Shown here one piece after another: positions 35,858-45,346 of a stretch of 64,000 nucleotides of DNA. The translations under genes were made by a program, and so were the position numbers. Each line of letters starts with the position of its first letter. Within the stretch, counting starts at the first letter, position 1. The notes under the pieces are model-generated. The model did not search any database. It had not been told where the DNA came from and worked only from the letters and a program-made list of their open reading frames with translations. This DNA is from an uncultured Actinomycetota bacterium (GTDB lineage Bacteria; Actinomycetota; Actinomycetes; Actinomycetales; Dermatophilaceae), in the NCBI GenBank assembly GCA_963750305.1, contig CAVVPX010000002.1:616845-680844 (forward strand), given 5' to 3'.

Positions 35858-36518
35858 CGGGACCTCCGGGCAGGCCCGCGGACTGCGACCGCACGTGGGC
35901 CAGCGACGCGGCCTCGGCAGCGTCGGGGTCACCCTCCCGGAGCGCTGACAGCAGGGCTTCGTGCTCGTCCACGACCGACTCCCACTTGGAGGTGTGCTTC
36001 GGGTCCACGATCCGATACCGCCGGACACTGCCGAGCAGCAGCTCGACCGTGTCGACGAACACCTGGTAGGTGCTCGCCCTGGCGATGCCGACGTGGAAGG
36101 CGCTGTTGAGCCTGCCCAGCCGGGGGACGTCCAGGGTCAGCAGCGCCTGGCGCATCTGGTGCTGCACCTCCGAGAGCGTCCCGAGCTGCCCCGGCACGAT
36201 CCGCTCGGCGGCGAGCCGGGCGGCGAGCGGCTCGACGGCCAGCCTCGCGTAGTAGGTGCCCTCGAGCTGGTGCGGTTCGACCGGGGCCACGGTGGGACCG
36301 GCATGGGTGCGCTGGACGACCAGCCCCTCGGCGCAGAGCCGCTGGATCGCCTCCCGCACGGGGATCTTGCTCACCGACAGGTCACGGGCCACCGCGTCGA
36401 TGGACAGCCGTTGCCCGGGGGTGAGGTCGCCACCCAGGATGCCCTCGCGCAGGTAGGTGTGCACGTACTCGCTCTTGGTCTGGGTCGCGAGGGGCGCAGG
36501 CACCGGCGGGTGGGGCAT
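35850..36518 (-). CDS. GntR family transcriptional regulator with FCD domain
   Basis: wHTH LSIDAVARDLSVSKIPVREAIQRL and C-terminal FCD helices. The stop overlaps the ArsA-like start by 8 nt. Confidence 0.8.
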   Translation of the reverse strand: MPHPPVPAPLATQTKSEYVHTYLREGILGGDLTPGQRLSIDAVARDLSVSKIPVREAIQRLCAEGLVVQRTHAGPTVAPVEPHQLEGTYYARLAVEPLAARLAAERIVPGQLGTLSEVQHQMRQALLTLDVPRLGRLNSAFHVGIARASTYQVFVDTVELLLGSVRRYRIVDPKHTSKWESVVDEHEALLSALREGDPDAAEAASLAHVRSQSAGLPGGPVG

Positions 36519-36632
36519 CTGACGATCGTAGGCGGTGGGTCGGCGGCGCGACCGGGGAGTGGTCGGCCGGTGACGCACCAGACCTCCGCCGCCCCGGCCG
36601 GCCGGCGCCGGCCGGGGGCTAGGCTTGAGGAC

Positions 36633-36788
36633 ATGACGCAGTGGGAGTACGCGACCGTGCCGCTCATCGTCCATGCCACCAAGCAGATCCTGGACCAGTG
36701 GGGTGAGGACGGCTGGGAGCTCGTGCAGGTCGTCCCGGGCCCCGACGGCACCAGCCTGGTGGCCTACCTCAAGCGCCCGAAGGCCTGA
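36633..36788 (+). CDS. DUF4177 domain protein
   Basis: MTQWEYATVPLIVHATKQILDQWGEDGWELVQVV. Confidence 0.7.
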   Translation: MTQWEYATVPLIVHATKQILDQWGEDGWELVQVVPGPDGTSLVAYLKRPKA

Positions 36789-36791
36789 CCC

Positions 36792-37265
36792 GTGAGCGCC
36801 GTGGAGGACCGTCTGTCCGCGATCGGGCTGAGCGTGCCCGACGTCGTCGCGCCCGTCGCGGCCTACATTCCCGCCGTGCAGCAGGGGAGCTTCGTGTACA
36901 CCTCGGGCCAGCTTCCGATGGTCAGCGGCGTCATGCCGCAGACCGGCAAGGTCGGCGACGGCGACGGGCTGGTGTCGGCGGAGGACGCCAAGGCACTCGC
37001 GCAGGCCTGCGCGCTGAACGCGATCGCCGCGGTGAAGTCGGTCATCGGTGACCTCGACCGCGTCGAGCGCGTCGTCAAGGTCGTCGGGTTCGTCGCGAGC
37101 GACCCGTCCTTCACCGGCCAGCCCGGAGTCGTCAACGGGGCGAGCGAGCTCCTGGGCACTGCCTTCGGTGACGCCGGTGTCCATGCACGGTCGGCGGTCG
37201 GGGTCGCGGCACTGCCGCTGGACGCCCCGGTCGAGGTCGAGATCATCGTCGCCGTCCGCGCCTGA
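36792..37265 (+). CDS. RidA/YjgF family protein
   Basis: FVYTSGQLP...ARSAVGVAALPLDAPVEVE. Confidence 0.85.
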   Translation: MSAVEDRLSAIGLSVPDVVAPVAAYIPAVQQGSFVYTSGQLPMVSGVMPQTGKVGDGDGLVSAEDAKALAQACALNAIAAVKSVIGDLDRVERVVKVVGFVASDPSFTGQPGVVNGASELLGTAFGDAGVHARSAVGVAALPLDAPVEVEIIVAVRA

Positions 37266-37271
37266 CTCGCC

Positions 37272-38105
37272 GTGACGAGGGACCTCCCGATCCCCGGCAG
37301 CGCCTCGCTGCTCCAGCGGCTGCACGCGTTGGCCGCCGGCGAGATCGAGCCGGCCGCGCCCAGGCTCGCCTCGACCGTGATGCTCCTGCGTGATGTCGAG
37401 GGTGGTCCCGGGGTCGAGGTGTTCGTCCAGCGACGGGTCTCCACGATGGCGTTCGCGGCCAACATGGTCGTGTTCCCCGGCGGTGGGGTCGACCCGCGCG
37501 ACGCCGACGAGGCGCTGCCCTGGGCGGGTCCGTCGTCGCTGGAGTGGGCCGAGCGGTTGCGCACCACCGACGCGGAGGCCCGGATGCTGGTGGCGGCCGC
37601 GGTGCGGGAGGTGTTCGAGGAGTGCGGGATCCTGCTCGCCGGTCCCGACCCCGACACCCTCGTGGGCGACGTGTCCGGTGACCCCTGGCCGGCCCGCCGC
37701 CAGGCCCTGCTCAGCCGCGAGCAGTCACTCTCGGAGGTGCTCACCCAGGCGGGGCTCTTCCTGCGCTCGGACCTGCTCTCCTACCGGGCGCACTGGATCA
37801 CGCCGGCGGTGGAGCCGCGCCGTTATGACACCCGGTTCTTCGCCGCGCTCGCCCCGGTGGGCCAGCTGGCCGACGACCAGACCTCCGAGGCCGACCTCGC
37901 GGACTGGGTCACCCCCGCCCGGCTGCTCGGCCTCGCCGACGCGGGCGAGGCCAAGGTGATGCCGCCGACCCGGGTCAACCTCGAGGAGCTCGCGCTCGCG
38001 GCCGACGCGGCCACGCTGGTCGCCGAGGTGGTGACACCGGTCACGGTGGCTCCGGTCATGGTGGAGACCGAGGACGGCATCGTCATCCGCAACCCCTCGC
38101 CCTAG
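37272..38105 (+). CDS. NUDIX hydrolase
   Basis: Nudix box FPGGGVDPRD...AAVREVFEECGI. Confidence 0.75.
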   Translation: MTRDLPIPGSASLLQRLHALAAGEIEPAAPRLASTVMLLRDVEGGPGVEVFVQRRVSTMAFAANMVVFPGGGVDPRDADEALPWAGPSSLEWAERLRTTDAEARMLVAAAVREVFEECGILLAGPDPDTLVGDVSGDPWPARRQALLSREQSLSEVLTQAGLFLRSDLLSYRAHWITPAVEPRRYDTRFFAALAPVGQLADDQTSEADLADWVTPARLLGLADAGEAKVMPPTRVNLEELALAADAATLVAEVVTPVTVAPVMVETEDGIVIRNPSP

Positions 38106-38228
38106 CCACGCAGCCACTGCAGCCAGCCGCTGCAGCGAGCCGCCCCGCGAGCACCGCAGCAAGCCACCGCCCCAAGCCACCAGCAAGCACCGCAGCAAGC
38201 TACCGCCGCACCGAGCCGGGAGGACCTC

Positions 38229-39035
38229 GTGACCGTCGCCGAGCCTCGTTCGTCCGTCCCGCCCGGTGAGTGGGACGGGGGGCCGGTGAGCGCGCGGGCG
38301 TTCTGCCTGCGTGAGCCGAACCCCGGACCGATGACCCTGGACGGCACCAACACCTGGGTGCTGTCCGAGCCCGGCGCGGACACGGTCGTCGTCGTGGACC
38401 CGGGTGAGGAGGACGAGCCCCACCTGCAGCGCGTGGCCGAGCACGTCCACGCCCGGGGAGCCCGGGTGGCCCTGACCCTGCTGACCCACGGTCACCACGA
38501 CCATGCCGGCGGCGCCCGCCGGTTCGCCGAGATCACCGGCGCACCGACCCGGTCGATGATGCGCGGGGGCGACCTCGGCGACGGCGAGCAGCTGGTCGTC
38601 GGCGGACTGGCGCTGCGCGTCCTGGCCGCACCCGGCCACACCCTGGACTCGCTGTGCCTCGTCGTGCCGGCCGACGCGGCACTGCTCACGGGTGACACGG
38701 TGCTCGGCCGGGGGACCACGGTGGTGGCCCACCCCGACGGGGACCTCGCCGCCTACCTCGTGACGCTGGACCGCCTTGCCAAAGTGCTCGGCGAGGGCCC
38801 GCTCACCCGGATCCTGCCCGGCCACGGGCCCGTGGTCGAGGACCCCTCTGCGATGGTCGCCTTCTACCGCGCCCACCGACGCGACCGGCTGGAGCAGGTG
38901 CGCGGGGCGCTCGCCGACGGCGCGCGGGGGGTCGAGGAGGTCATGCAGCGCGTGTACGCCGACGTCCCGCGCGAGGTGTGGCCGGCGGCCCGGCAGAGCG
39001 TGGCGGCTCAGCTGGCCTACCTCGAGATGGACTGA
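38229..39035 (+). CDS. MBL-fold metallo-hydrolase
   Basis: LLTHGHHDHAGG motif. Rv3677c-like position next to crp. Confidence 0.85.
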   Translation: MTVAEPRSSVPPGEWDGGPVSARAFCLREPNPGPMTLDGTNTWVLSEPGADTVVVVDPGEEDEPHLQRVAEHVHARGARVALTLLTHGHHDHAGGARRFAEITGAPTRSMMRGGDLGDGEQLVVGGLALRVLAAPGHTLDSLCLVVPADAALLTGDTVLGRGTTVVAHPDGDLAAYLVTLDRLAKVLGEGPLTRILPGHGPVVEDPSAMVAFYRAHRRDRLEQVRGALADGARGVEEVMQRVYADVPREVWPAARQSVAAQLAYLEMD

Positions 39036-39079
39036 CCGGGGCGAGCACTCCCGGTCGGTGGCGGTCCGCGACGCCGGCG

Positions 39080-39757
39080 TCAGCGAGCGCGGCGCTTGAG
39101 CCGGTCGACGTCCATGAGAAGCACCGCGCGGGCCTCGAGGCGCAGCCAGCCGCGGCTGGCGAAGTCGGCCAGCGCCTTGTTGACGGTCTCGCGGGAGGCG
39201 CCGACCAGCTGGGCGAGCTCCTCCTGGGTGAGGTCGTGGGAGACGAGCACGCCCTCCTCGACCGGCCGGCCGAACCGGCTCGCCAGGTCGAGCAGGGCCT
39301 TGGCGACCCGGCCCGGGACGTCGGTGAAGACGAGGTCGGCCAGGCTCTCGTTGGTGCGCCGCAGCCGGCGGGCGAGGGCCGCGAGCAGGGTCGCGGCGAC
39401 GTCGGGCCGGGCGGACAGGAGACGGTGCAGCGACTCGGTGCCGATGCCGATGAGCTGGGTCTCGGCGACGGCCGTCGCCGTCGCGGTGCGCGGGCCGGGG
39501 TCGAACAGGCTCAGCTCGCCGAACATCTCACCCGGACCGAGGATGGCCAGCAGGTTCTCGCGGCCGTCCGGGCTGGTCCGCCCGAGCTTGATCTTGCCCT
39601 CCCGGATGACGTAGAGCCGGTCACCAGGGTCGCCCTCGTGGAACATGACGTCACCACGCTCGAGCCGGCTGGTCGTCATCGACTGCAACATGGTCGCCGC
39701 GGCCGCGTCGTCGAGCGCAGCGAACAGCGGGGCCTTCCGCACCACGTCCTGGTCCAC
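39080..39757 (-). CDS. crp: cAMP receptor protein, Crp/Fnr family regulator
   Basis: cNMP-binding domain ([28 protein letters not shown]) and C-terminal HTH ([20 protein letters not shown]). Confidence 0.92.
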   Translation of the reverse strand: MDQDVVRKAPLFAALDDAAAATMLQSMTTSRLERGDVMFHEGDPGDRLYVIREGKIKLGRTSPDGRENLLAILGPGEMFGELSLFDPGPRTATATAVAETQLIGIGTESLHRLLSARPDVAATLLAALARRLRRTNESLADLVFTDVPGRVAKALLDLASRFGRPVEEGVLVSHDLTQEELAQLVGASRETVNKALADFASRGWLRLEARAVLLMDVDRLKRRAR

Positions 39758-39801
39758 GGGCGACAGTGTGCCATGCCACCGTCAGACGCGCCCCGTACCC
39801 T

Positions 39802-40584
39802 GTGGTGGTGTCCAGCCAGACCGGCGTCCCCGCCGTCCGCCCGCCCCGTCGCCGGGCCGCCTCCTCGTTCCACGACGAGACCCCGGTGGCCCGCACCCGG
39901 CGCGCCCGCCGGATCTATCGCGAGCTGCATGACACCTATCCCTATGCCCATTGCGAGCTCGACTTCGACAACCCGCTCCAGCTGCTCGTGGCGACCATCC
40001 TGTCCGCGCAGACCACCGACGTGATGGTCAACAAGGTGACCCCGACGCTGTTCGCCACGTGTCCCACCGCCGAGGCTCTGGCTTCCGCCGACCGGGAGCA
40101 GCTGGAGCAGATCCTCAAGCCGACGGGCTTCTTCCGCGCCAAGACCAACTCGGTGATCAAGCTCGGCGCCGACCTGGTCGAGCGCTTCGACGGCGAGGTC
40201 CCGCCGCGGCTCACCGACCTGGTCACGCTCCCCGGTGTCGGTCGCAAGACCGCGAACGTCGTGCTGGGCAACGCCTTCGGCATCCCCGGGATCACCGTCG
40301 ACACGCACGTCGGACGGCTGGTCCGGCGGTGGGCCTGGACCGAGGAGGAGGACCCCGTCAAGGTCGAGCACGCCGTCGGCGCGCTCATCCCGCGCAAGGA
40401 GTGGACCATGCTGTCCCACGTCGTGATCTTCCACGGCCGGCGCATGTGCCACGCCCGCCGCCCCGCCTGTGGCGTGTGCCCGATCGCCCGGCTGTGCCCT
40501 GCGTACGGCGTGGGGGAGACCGACCCGGTCAAGGCGCGTGCGCTGCTCAAGTACGAGCTGGCCCCCGGGGCTCAGACCGCATGA
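39802..40584 (+). CDS. nth: Endonuclease III
   Basis: [12 protein letters not shown], Hh[17 protein letters not shown], FeS cluster C-X6-C-X2-C-X5-C. The start is uncertain (ATG 39766 or GTGs 39802-39808). Confidence 0.88.
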   Translation: MVVSSQTGVPAVRPPRRRAASSFHDETPVARTRRARRIYRELHDTYPYAHCELDFDNPLQLLVATILSAQTTDVMVNKVTPTLFATCPTAEALASADREQLEQILKPTGFFRAKTNSVIKLGADLVERFDGEVPPRLTDLVTLPGVGRKTANVVLGNAFGIPGITVDTHVGRLVRRWAWTEEEDPVKVEHAVGALIPRKEWTMLSHVVIFHGRRMCHARRPACGVCPIARLCPAYGVGETDPVKARALLKYELAPGAQTA

Positions 40585-41294
40585 CGGACCGGACGCCGGA
40601 CGCCGGCGCCCGGGCCGAGATGCAGGCCTCGGCCCGACCGTCGTGGATGGACGCCGTGGTCGCGCGGCTCGCCGACGACCCCGACGCGATCGGTCGCCTC
40701 GCCGTGCCGCCCGAGGGCGCGCGCGAGTCGGCCGTGCTGATGTTGTTCGGGCCCCACGCCGCTGGTGGCGAGGACGTCCTGCTCACCGAGCGCGCCCACG
40801 ACATGCGCTCGCACCCCGGCCAGGTGTCGTTCCCCGGCGGTGCGCTCGAGCCCGGGGACGACGGTCCGGTCGGCGCGGCGCTGCGTGAGGCCAGCGAGGA
40901 GGTCGGTCTGGACCCCGCGAGCGTCGAGGTCGTCGCGACCTTCCCCGCGCTCTTCCTGCCGCCGAGCGGATTCCTCGTGACGCCCGTACTCGCCTGGTGG
41001 ACCGCGCCCCACCCGCTCACCGTGATCGACCGGCGCGAGGTCGAGCGGGTGGCCCGGGTGCCCATCGCGGCGCTGCGTGACCAGGGGAGCCGGTTCACCG
41101 TGACCCACCCCAGCGGCTATACCGGCGGCGCGTTCGACGCCGAGGACCTGTTCGTCTGGGGATTCACCGCGATGGTGCTGGACGGCGTGCTCGACCTGGC
41201 CGGGTTGTCGGTGCCGTGGGACCGCGCGGTGCATCGCCCGCTGCCGGAGCGGTTCCTGCGCGCCTCGGTGCCGAGGCGCGGGGTGACGCCGTGA
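40581..41294 (+). CDS. NUDIX hydrolase (CoA pyrophosphatase-like)
   Basis: ATGA overlap with nth. Nudix box [27 protein letters not shown]. Confidence 0.8.
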   Translation: MTDRTPDAGARAEMQASARPSWMDAVVARLADDPDAIGRLAVPPEGARESAVLMLFGPHAAGGEDVLLTERAHDMRSHPGQVSFPGGALEPGDDGPVGAALREASEEVGLDPASVEVVATFPALFLPPSGFLVTPVLAWWTAPHPLTVIDRREVERVARVPIAALRDQGSRFTVTHPSGYTGGAFDAEDLFVWGFTAMVLDGVLDLAGLSVPWDRAVHRPLPERFLRASVPRRGVTP

Positions 41295-42496
41295 CGTTCT
41301 CCTTCCTCGACGTGGGGCTCCTCCTGGCCTTCGTCGGCTACGCCTGGACGGGATACCGAAGGGGGCTGCTCACCAGTGTGCTCAGCCTCGGGGGGTTCCT
41401 GGTGGGCGGAGCGGTGGCCATGCTGCTCCTGCCCCACCTCGTCGGGTCCTGGCCGGCCCTCGCGGACGCCCAGGTCCTGCGCAGCGTCGTCCTCGTGCTC
41501 GGGGTGTTCGCGCTGGCCTCGATCGGCCAGACCCTCGCGAGCCGCGTCGGGTCCCACCTGCGCACCGGGCTGCGGTTCGGCCCGGCTCAGCTGGTCGACT
41601 CCGTCCTCGGCGCCGCCGTCGTCGTGGCCTCGGTCGCCGTGCTCGTCTGGTTCGTGGCCGGGGCGCTGCGAGGCGGTGCGCCCGCTCCGGTGACCAAGGC
41701 CATCGGCGAGTCCCGTGTGCTGCGGGTCATCGACGCCGTCGTGCCGCCCCAGACCTCGCGCCTGTTCGCCGGGTTCCGCCAGGTCCTGGACCGCGAGGGC
41801 CTGCCACGCGTCTTCGACTCCCTGCGCGCCGAGCCGATCCGCCCCGTAGAACCGCCGGACCCGAACGTCGCCAGGACCCAGGGCGTCGTGGACGCGGCCG
41901 GCTCGATCGTCAAGATCACCGGGGTCGCGCAGAGCTGCCACCAGGGGCAGGAGGGCACCGGCTGGGTGGTGTCCCCCGGGCGGGTCGTCACCAATGCCCA
42001 CGTGGTTGCCGGCATCAAGCGCGCCACCGTGCGGGTCCGCGGGACGGGCCGGTCCTACACCGGTCAGGTGGTGGTGTTCGACCCCCAGCGCGACCTCGCC
42101 GTCCTGTTCGTGCCGAACCTGCCCGCCGAGCCGCTGCCGCTGGGGTCAGACCTCGAGCGTGGCGACGGGGGCGTGGTCGCGGGCTTCCCGCTGGACGGGC
42201 CGTACCGCCTCGACGCGGCGCGGGTTCGCCAGGTCCTCAACGCCCGGGGCGCGGACATCTACGGCAAGCCCGGCACGCTGCGACAGGTGTACTCCCTGTA
42301 CGCACGGGTCCAGCCGGGCAACTCCGGCGGTCCCCTGCTGTCCACCGAGGGTGAGGTGGTCGGCGTGATCTTCGCGAAGTCCCTCGATGACGACTTCACC
42401 GGCTATGCCCTCACGCTGGACGAGGCGGCGCCCGTCCTGCGCGCGGCGGCGGGTGCGACGGCCCGGGTCGGCACGGGCGGGTGCCTGAGCCGCTGA
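41291..42496 (+). CDS. marP: MarP-family membrane serine protease (CvpA TM domain plus trypsin-like domain)
   Basis: GTGA overlap. 4 N-terminal TM segments, catalytic TNAHVV, DLAVL, GNSGGPL. Confidence 0.88.
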   Translation: MTFSFLDVGLLLAFVGYAWTGYRRGLLTSVLSLGGFLVGGAVAMLLLPHLVGSWPALADAQVLRSVVLVLGVFALASIGQTLASRVGSHLRTGLRFGPAQLVDSVLGAAVVVASVAVLVWFVAGALRGGAPAPVTKAIGESRVLRVIDAVVPPQTSRLFAGFRQVLDREGLPRVFDSLRAEPIRPVEPPDPNVARTQGVVDAAGSIVKITGVAQSCHQGQEGTGWVVSPGRVVTNAHVVAGIKRATVRVRGTGRSYTGQVVVFDPQRDLAVLFVPNLPAEPLPLGSDLERGDGGVVAGFPLDGPYRLDAARVRQVLNARGADIYGKPGTLRQVYSLYARVQPGNSGGPLLSTEGEVVGVIFAKSLDDDFTGYALTLDEAAPVLRAAAGATARVGTGGCLSR

Positions 42497-42506
42497 GCGC
42501 TGCAGC

Positions 42507-42578
42507 CGAACCGCCGAACCGCTGAACCGCCGAAGTGCCGGACCGCTGAACCGCCGAACCGCTGAACGGCTGAACCGC
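42507..42578. repeat. 8-bp tandem repeat x9 ((c/t)gaaccgc)
   Basis: Read directly. Intergenic between marP and the acyltransferase gene. Confidence 0.85.
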
Positions 42579-42622
42579 GAGGACGGGGCAATCCCGATCG
42601 CCGAGCGGTCCGAATACCAGAC

Positions 42623-43402
42623 ATGTTCCTTCGGTCACCCGGTCCCGCGCCCCGCCGCGACCTGACCTACCAGCTGGTCGTCCGCGCCCTGCGCGGGCTG
42701 TTCCGCCTGCTCGGACTGCGGATCACGATCGAGGGACTGCACCACGTGCCCGCCACCGGCCCGGCGATCCTCGCCGCCAACCACACCGGGTACCTCGACT
42801 TCACCTTCGTCGGTCTGCTCGGCACGGCGCGGGGGCGCCTGGTGCGGTTCCTGGCCAAGCAGTCGACCTTCGACAACCCCGTCTCCGGGCCCGCCATGCG
42901 GGCCATGGGACACATCCCGGTGCTACGACCCGACGGCACCGTCGCCGCCCTGCGCGCCTCACGCGCGCTGGGGCGTGGGGAGATGATCGGTATCTTCCCC
43001 GAGGCGACGATCAGCCGGTCGTTCACCCTCAAGCAGCTGCGGCGAGGTCCGGCGTATCTCGCCGCAGCACATCGTGCACCGTTGGTTCCGGTGGTGACCT
43101 GGGGAGGGCACCGCCTGTTGACGGTCGGAGGCCGGTTCGGCCTTCGACGTGGAACCGCGGTCACTCTGTTGGTCGGTGAGCCCATCCAGCCCGGGCCCGC
43201 CGACACGGTCACCGAGCTCGAGCAGCGGCTGCAGGTCGCCCTCACCGAGCTCTACGACCGGGCCCAGCGGGAGTACCCGCAGCGGCCACGCGGCCGGCGC
43301 GACCGCTGGTGGGTCCCGGCCCACCTCGGTGGCACCGCTCCGACCCCGGCCCGCGCGGCCGAGCTCGAGATCAGGCTCGCGCCGAGGTCCGCAACCACGT
43401 GA
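42623..43402 (+). CDS. Lysophospholipid acyltransferase family protein
   Basis: HX4D ANHTGYLDF and FPEATIS motifs. Confidence 0.8.
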   Translation: MFLRSPGPAPRRDLTYQLVVRALRGLFRLLGLRITIEGLHHVPATGPAILAANHTGYLDFTFVGLLGTARGRLVRFLAKQSTFDNPVSGPAMRAMGHIPVLRPDGTVAALRASRALGRGEMIGIFPEATISRSFTLKQLRRGPAYLAAAHRAPLVPVVTWGGHRLLTVGGRFGLRRGTAVTLLVGEPIQPGPADTVTELEQRLQVALTELYDRAQREYPQRPRGRRDRWWVPAHLGGTAPTPARAAELEIRLAPRSATT

Positions 43403-44288
43403 TGAGGTGCCGGTTCACGATCTCTGGTGCCTCCTCGGGCAGGAAGTGCCCGTGGTCGCGCACCAGGTACTTCTCGAACGAGCCGGACACGAAGGCCCCC
43501 GACCCCACGGCCGTCCCGGCCAGCACGGCCCCGTCGCGCTCCCCGTGCAGGTGCAGGACCGGCACCGAGATCTGCTCCCGCAGGCGTGCGGCATAGCGCC
43601 AGCCGTCCGGCCGCACCTGGCTGCGCACCAACCACCGCGAGTACTCGGCGGCCGAGTGGGCGACGAACGGCATCGCCATCGCGTCCGTGTACCGCTGCGC
43701 CTCCTCCAGGCTGGGCCAGATCCCCTCCGGGGAGGCCCACTCGCGCAGCAGGCGCGAGACCTGCCCGGTCTCACCCGACAGTTGGCGCTCGGGGACGAAC
43801 GGGCGTTGGAGCCCGACCAGATAGCTGTTGGCCCGGATCTGCGCGAGGCTGTGCGTCGAGGCACGCCTGAAGACCAGCGGGTGCGGCATCGACAGGCTGG
43901 CGACGGCGGTGGTGACGCCCGGCTGGAACACCGGCATGCTCCACGCGATCCACCCTCCCCACGCGTGGCCGACCACCACGGCCGTGCTCTCGCCCAGGCT
44001 GCGAATGAGGCTCGCGACGTCTGCGGTGGAGGTGACGGTGTCATAGCCGCGCGGCGGCTTGTCCGACGCACCGTATCCGCGGAGGTCGACGGCGACTGCC
44101 CGATAGCCTTGTGCCGCAAGGGCTTCCAGCTGATGACGCCAGGCCCACCAGAACTGCGGGAATCCGTGGAGCAGCAGCACGAGCGGGCCCTCGCCCAGCT
44201 CGGCGACGTGGAACCGGGCGCCGTTCGCCGCCACGAAACGGTGCTCCCAGGGGCCGTCGACCAGGACGGAGGCGACGTCGGGCGTCAC
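43371..44288 (-). CDS. Alpha/beta hydrolase (epoxide-hydrolase-like)
   Basis: HGFPQFWWAWRHQ and nucleophile elbow VVGHAWGG. Confidence 0.8.
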   Translation of the reverse strand: MTPDVASVLVDGPWEHRFVAANGARFHVAELGEGPLVLLLHGFPQFWWAWRHQLEALAAQGYRAVAVDLRGYGASDKPPRGYDTVTSTADVASLIRSLGESTAVVVGHAWGGWIAWSMPVFQPGVTTAVASLSMPHPLVFRRASTHSLAQIRANSYLVGLQRPFVPERQLSGETGQVSRLLREWASPEGIWPSLEEAQRYTDAMAMPFVAHSAAEYSRWLVRSQVRPDGWRYAARLREQISVPVLHLHGERDGAVLAGTAVGSGAFVSGSFEKYLVRDHGHFLPEEAPEIVNRHLITWLRTSARA

Positions 44289-44292
44289 CGGA

Positions 44293-44691
44293 TCAGTCGG
44301 CCGAACCGGACTTGAGGGTCGCGATCGTCTCCTGGGCGTTGCGGATCGTCTTCTCCGGTTTGGGCTGGAGGTGCTGGAGCGCGGAGCGGCCGGCCAGCGC
44401 CAGGCCGCCGGCGACCAGCAGCAGCAGACCGGTCACGATGAGGTAGCCCGCCCACTCCGGGAGCCAGATCGCCACCACCAGCGCGAGGGTGTGGAACAGG
44501 AAGATCAGCCCGAGCAGCGCCACGAAGCCGGCCACGGCGAACATCGCCACGCCCTTGCCGGCCGTCTTGGCCTGGACCGCCATCTCGGCCTTGGCCAGGG
44601 CGATCTCGCTGCGCACGATGCTGGACACGTCGTGGGTCGCGTCGGCCACCAGCTGACCCAGGGTGCGCTCGGTGTCGTTCGGCGTCGCCAT
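44293..44691 (-). CDS. Holin-X / DUF1469-like membrane protein
   Basis: LGQLVADATHDVSSIVRSEIALAKAE followed by two TM helices. ATG 44691. Confidence 0.65.
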   Translation of the reverse strand: MATPNDTERTLGQLVADATHDVSSIVRSEIALAKAEMAVQAKTAGKGVAMFAVAGFVALLGLIFLFHTLALVVAIWLPEWAGYLIVTGLLLLVAGGLALAGRSALQHLQPKPEKTIRNAQETIATLKSGSAD

Positions 44692-44863
44692 GACTTCCCT
44701 TCGTAGGCAGCGTGCGGTTCGTCGCGCTCCGACCCTACCGGGGGTGGGCGCGCCCGCGTCCGACATCGCCGCTCCTAGACTCGACCCGCGGCCTGTGCGC
44801 ACCCGGTCACCCGCCCTGCCCACAGATGCGCCCGCCCACCACCGGTCAACAGAGGAGAGAGCC

Positions 44864-45346
44864 ATGCGTGCCCGAGACCTGGCCCAGGAGTTCCCCTTCA
44901 CGACGCTGGAGACCACGGCCTACGACGCGGCCCGGATGATGGCCGACGCGGGGCGACCCGGCCTCATCGTCTGCGACGGTCGGGGCGTGCCGCTGACCGT
45001 GCTGCCCGGGTCGCAGGTCCTCCGGTTCGCGATCCCGACCTATGTCCAGGAGGACCCGCATCTCGCCCGGGTCTATGGCGAGAAGGCCTCCGACGAGCTG
45101 TTCTCGACCCTCGCCGCCAGGACGGTGCACGACATGGTGCCCGGTCACAGCGACCGTGACGACCTGCCCATCGTGGACCCCGACGCGACGTCGTTGGAGG
45201 TCGCGGCGGTCATGGCGCGGATGCGCAGCCCCCTGGCGGTCGTCATGGACGGCGACGAGGTGATCGGCGTCATCACGGTCAGCCGGCTGCTCGCGGCGAT
45301 GCTGCACCAGGGCCCCTCGGCACCGGAAGCAGCGGCTGCTCCGTGA
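44864..45346 (+). CDS. CBS domain protein
   Basis: Two CBS-like repeats. SD AGAGGAGAGA before ATG 44864. Confidence 0.7.
   Translation: MRARDLAQEFPFTTLETTAYDAARMMADAGRPGLIVCDGRGVPLTVLPGSQVLRFAIPTYVQEDPHLARVYGEKASDELFSTLAARTVHDMVPGHSDRDDLPIVDPDATSLEVAAVMARMRSPLAVVMDGDEVIGVITVSRLLAAMLHQGPSAPEAAAAP

Noticed and set aside
39758-39810. CRP operator in the crp-nth divergent region
   Set aside because: Only a weak half-site (GTGTGCCATGCCAC) is present, with no TGTGA-N6-TCACA palindrome. This is not supportable by eye.
42403-42638. Two overlapping minus-strand ORFs encoding GSAVQRFGGSAVRHFGGSAVRRFG-type repeats
   Set aside because: They are produced purely by the 8-bp x9 tandem repeat (3 units = 24 nt). 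There is no SD, and they sit in a 126-bp intergenic gap.
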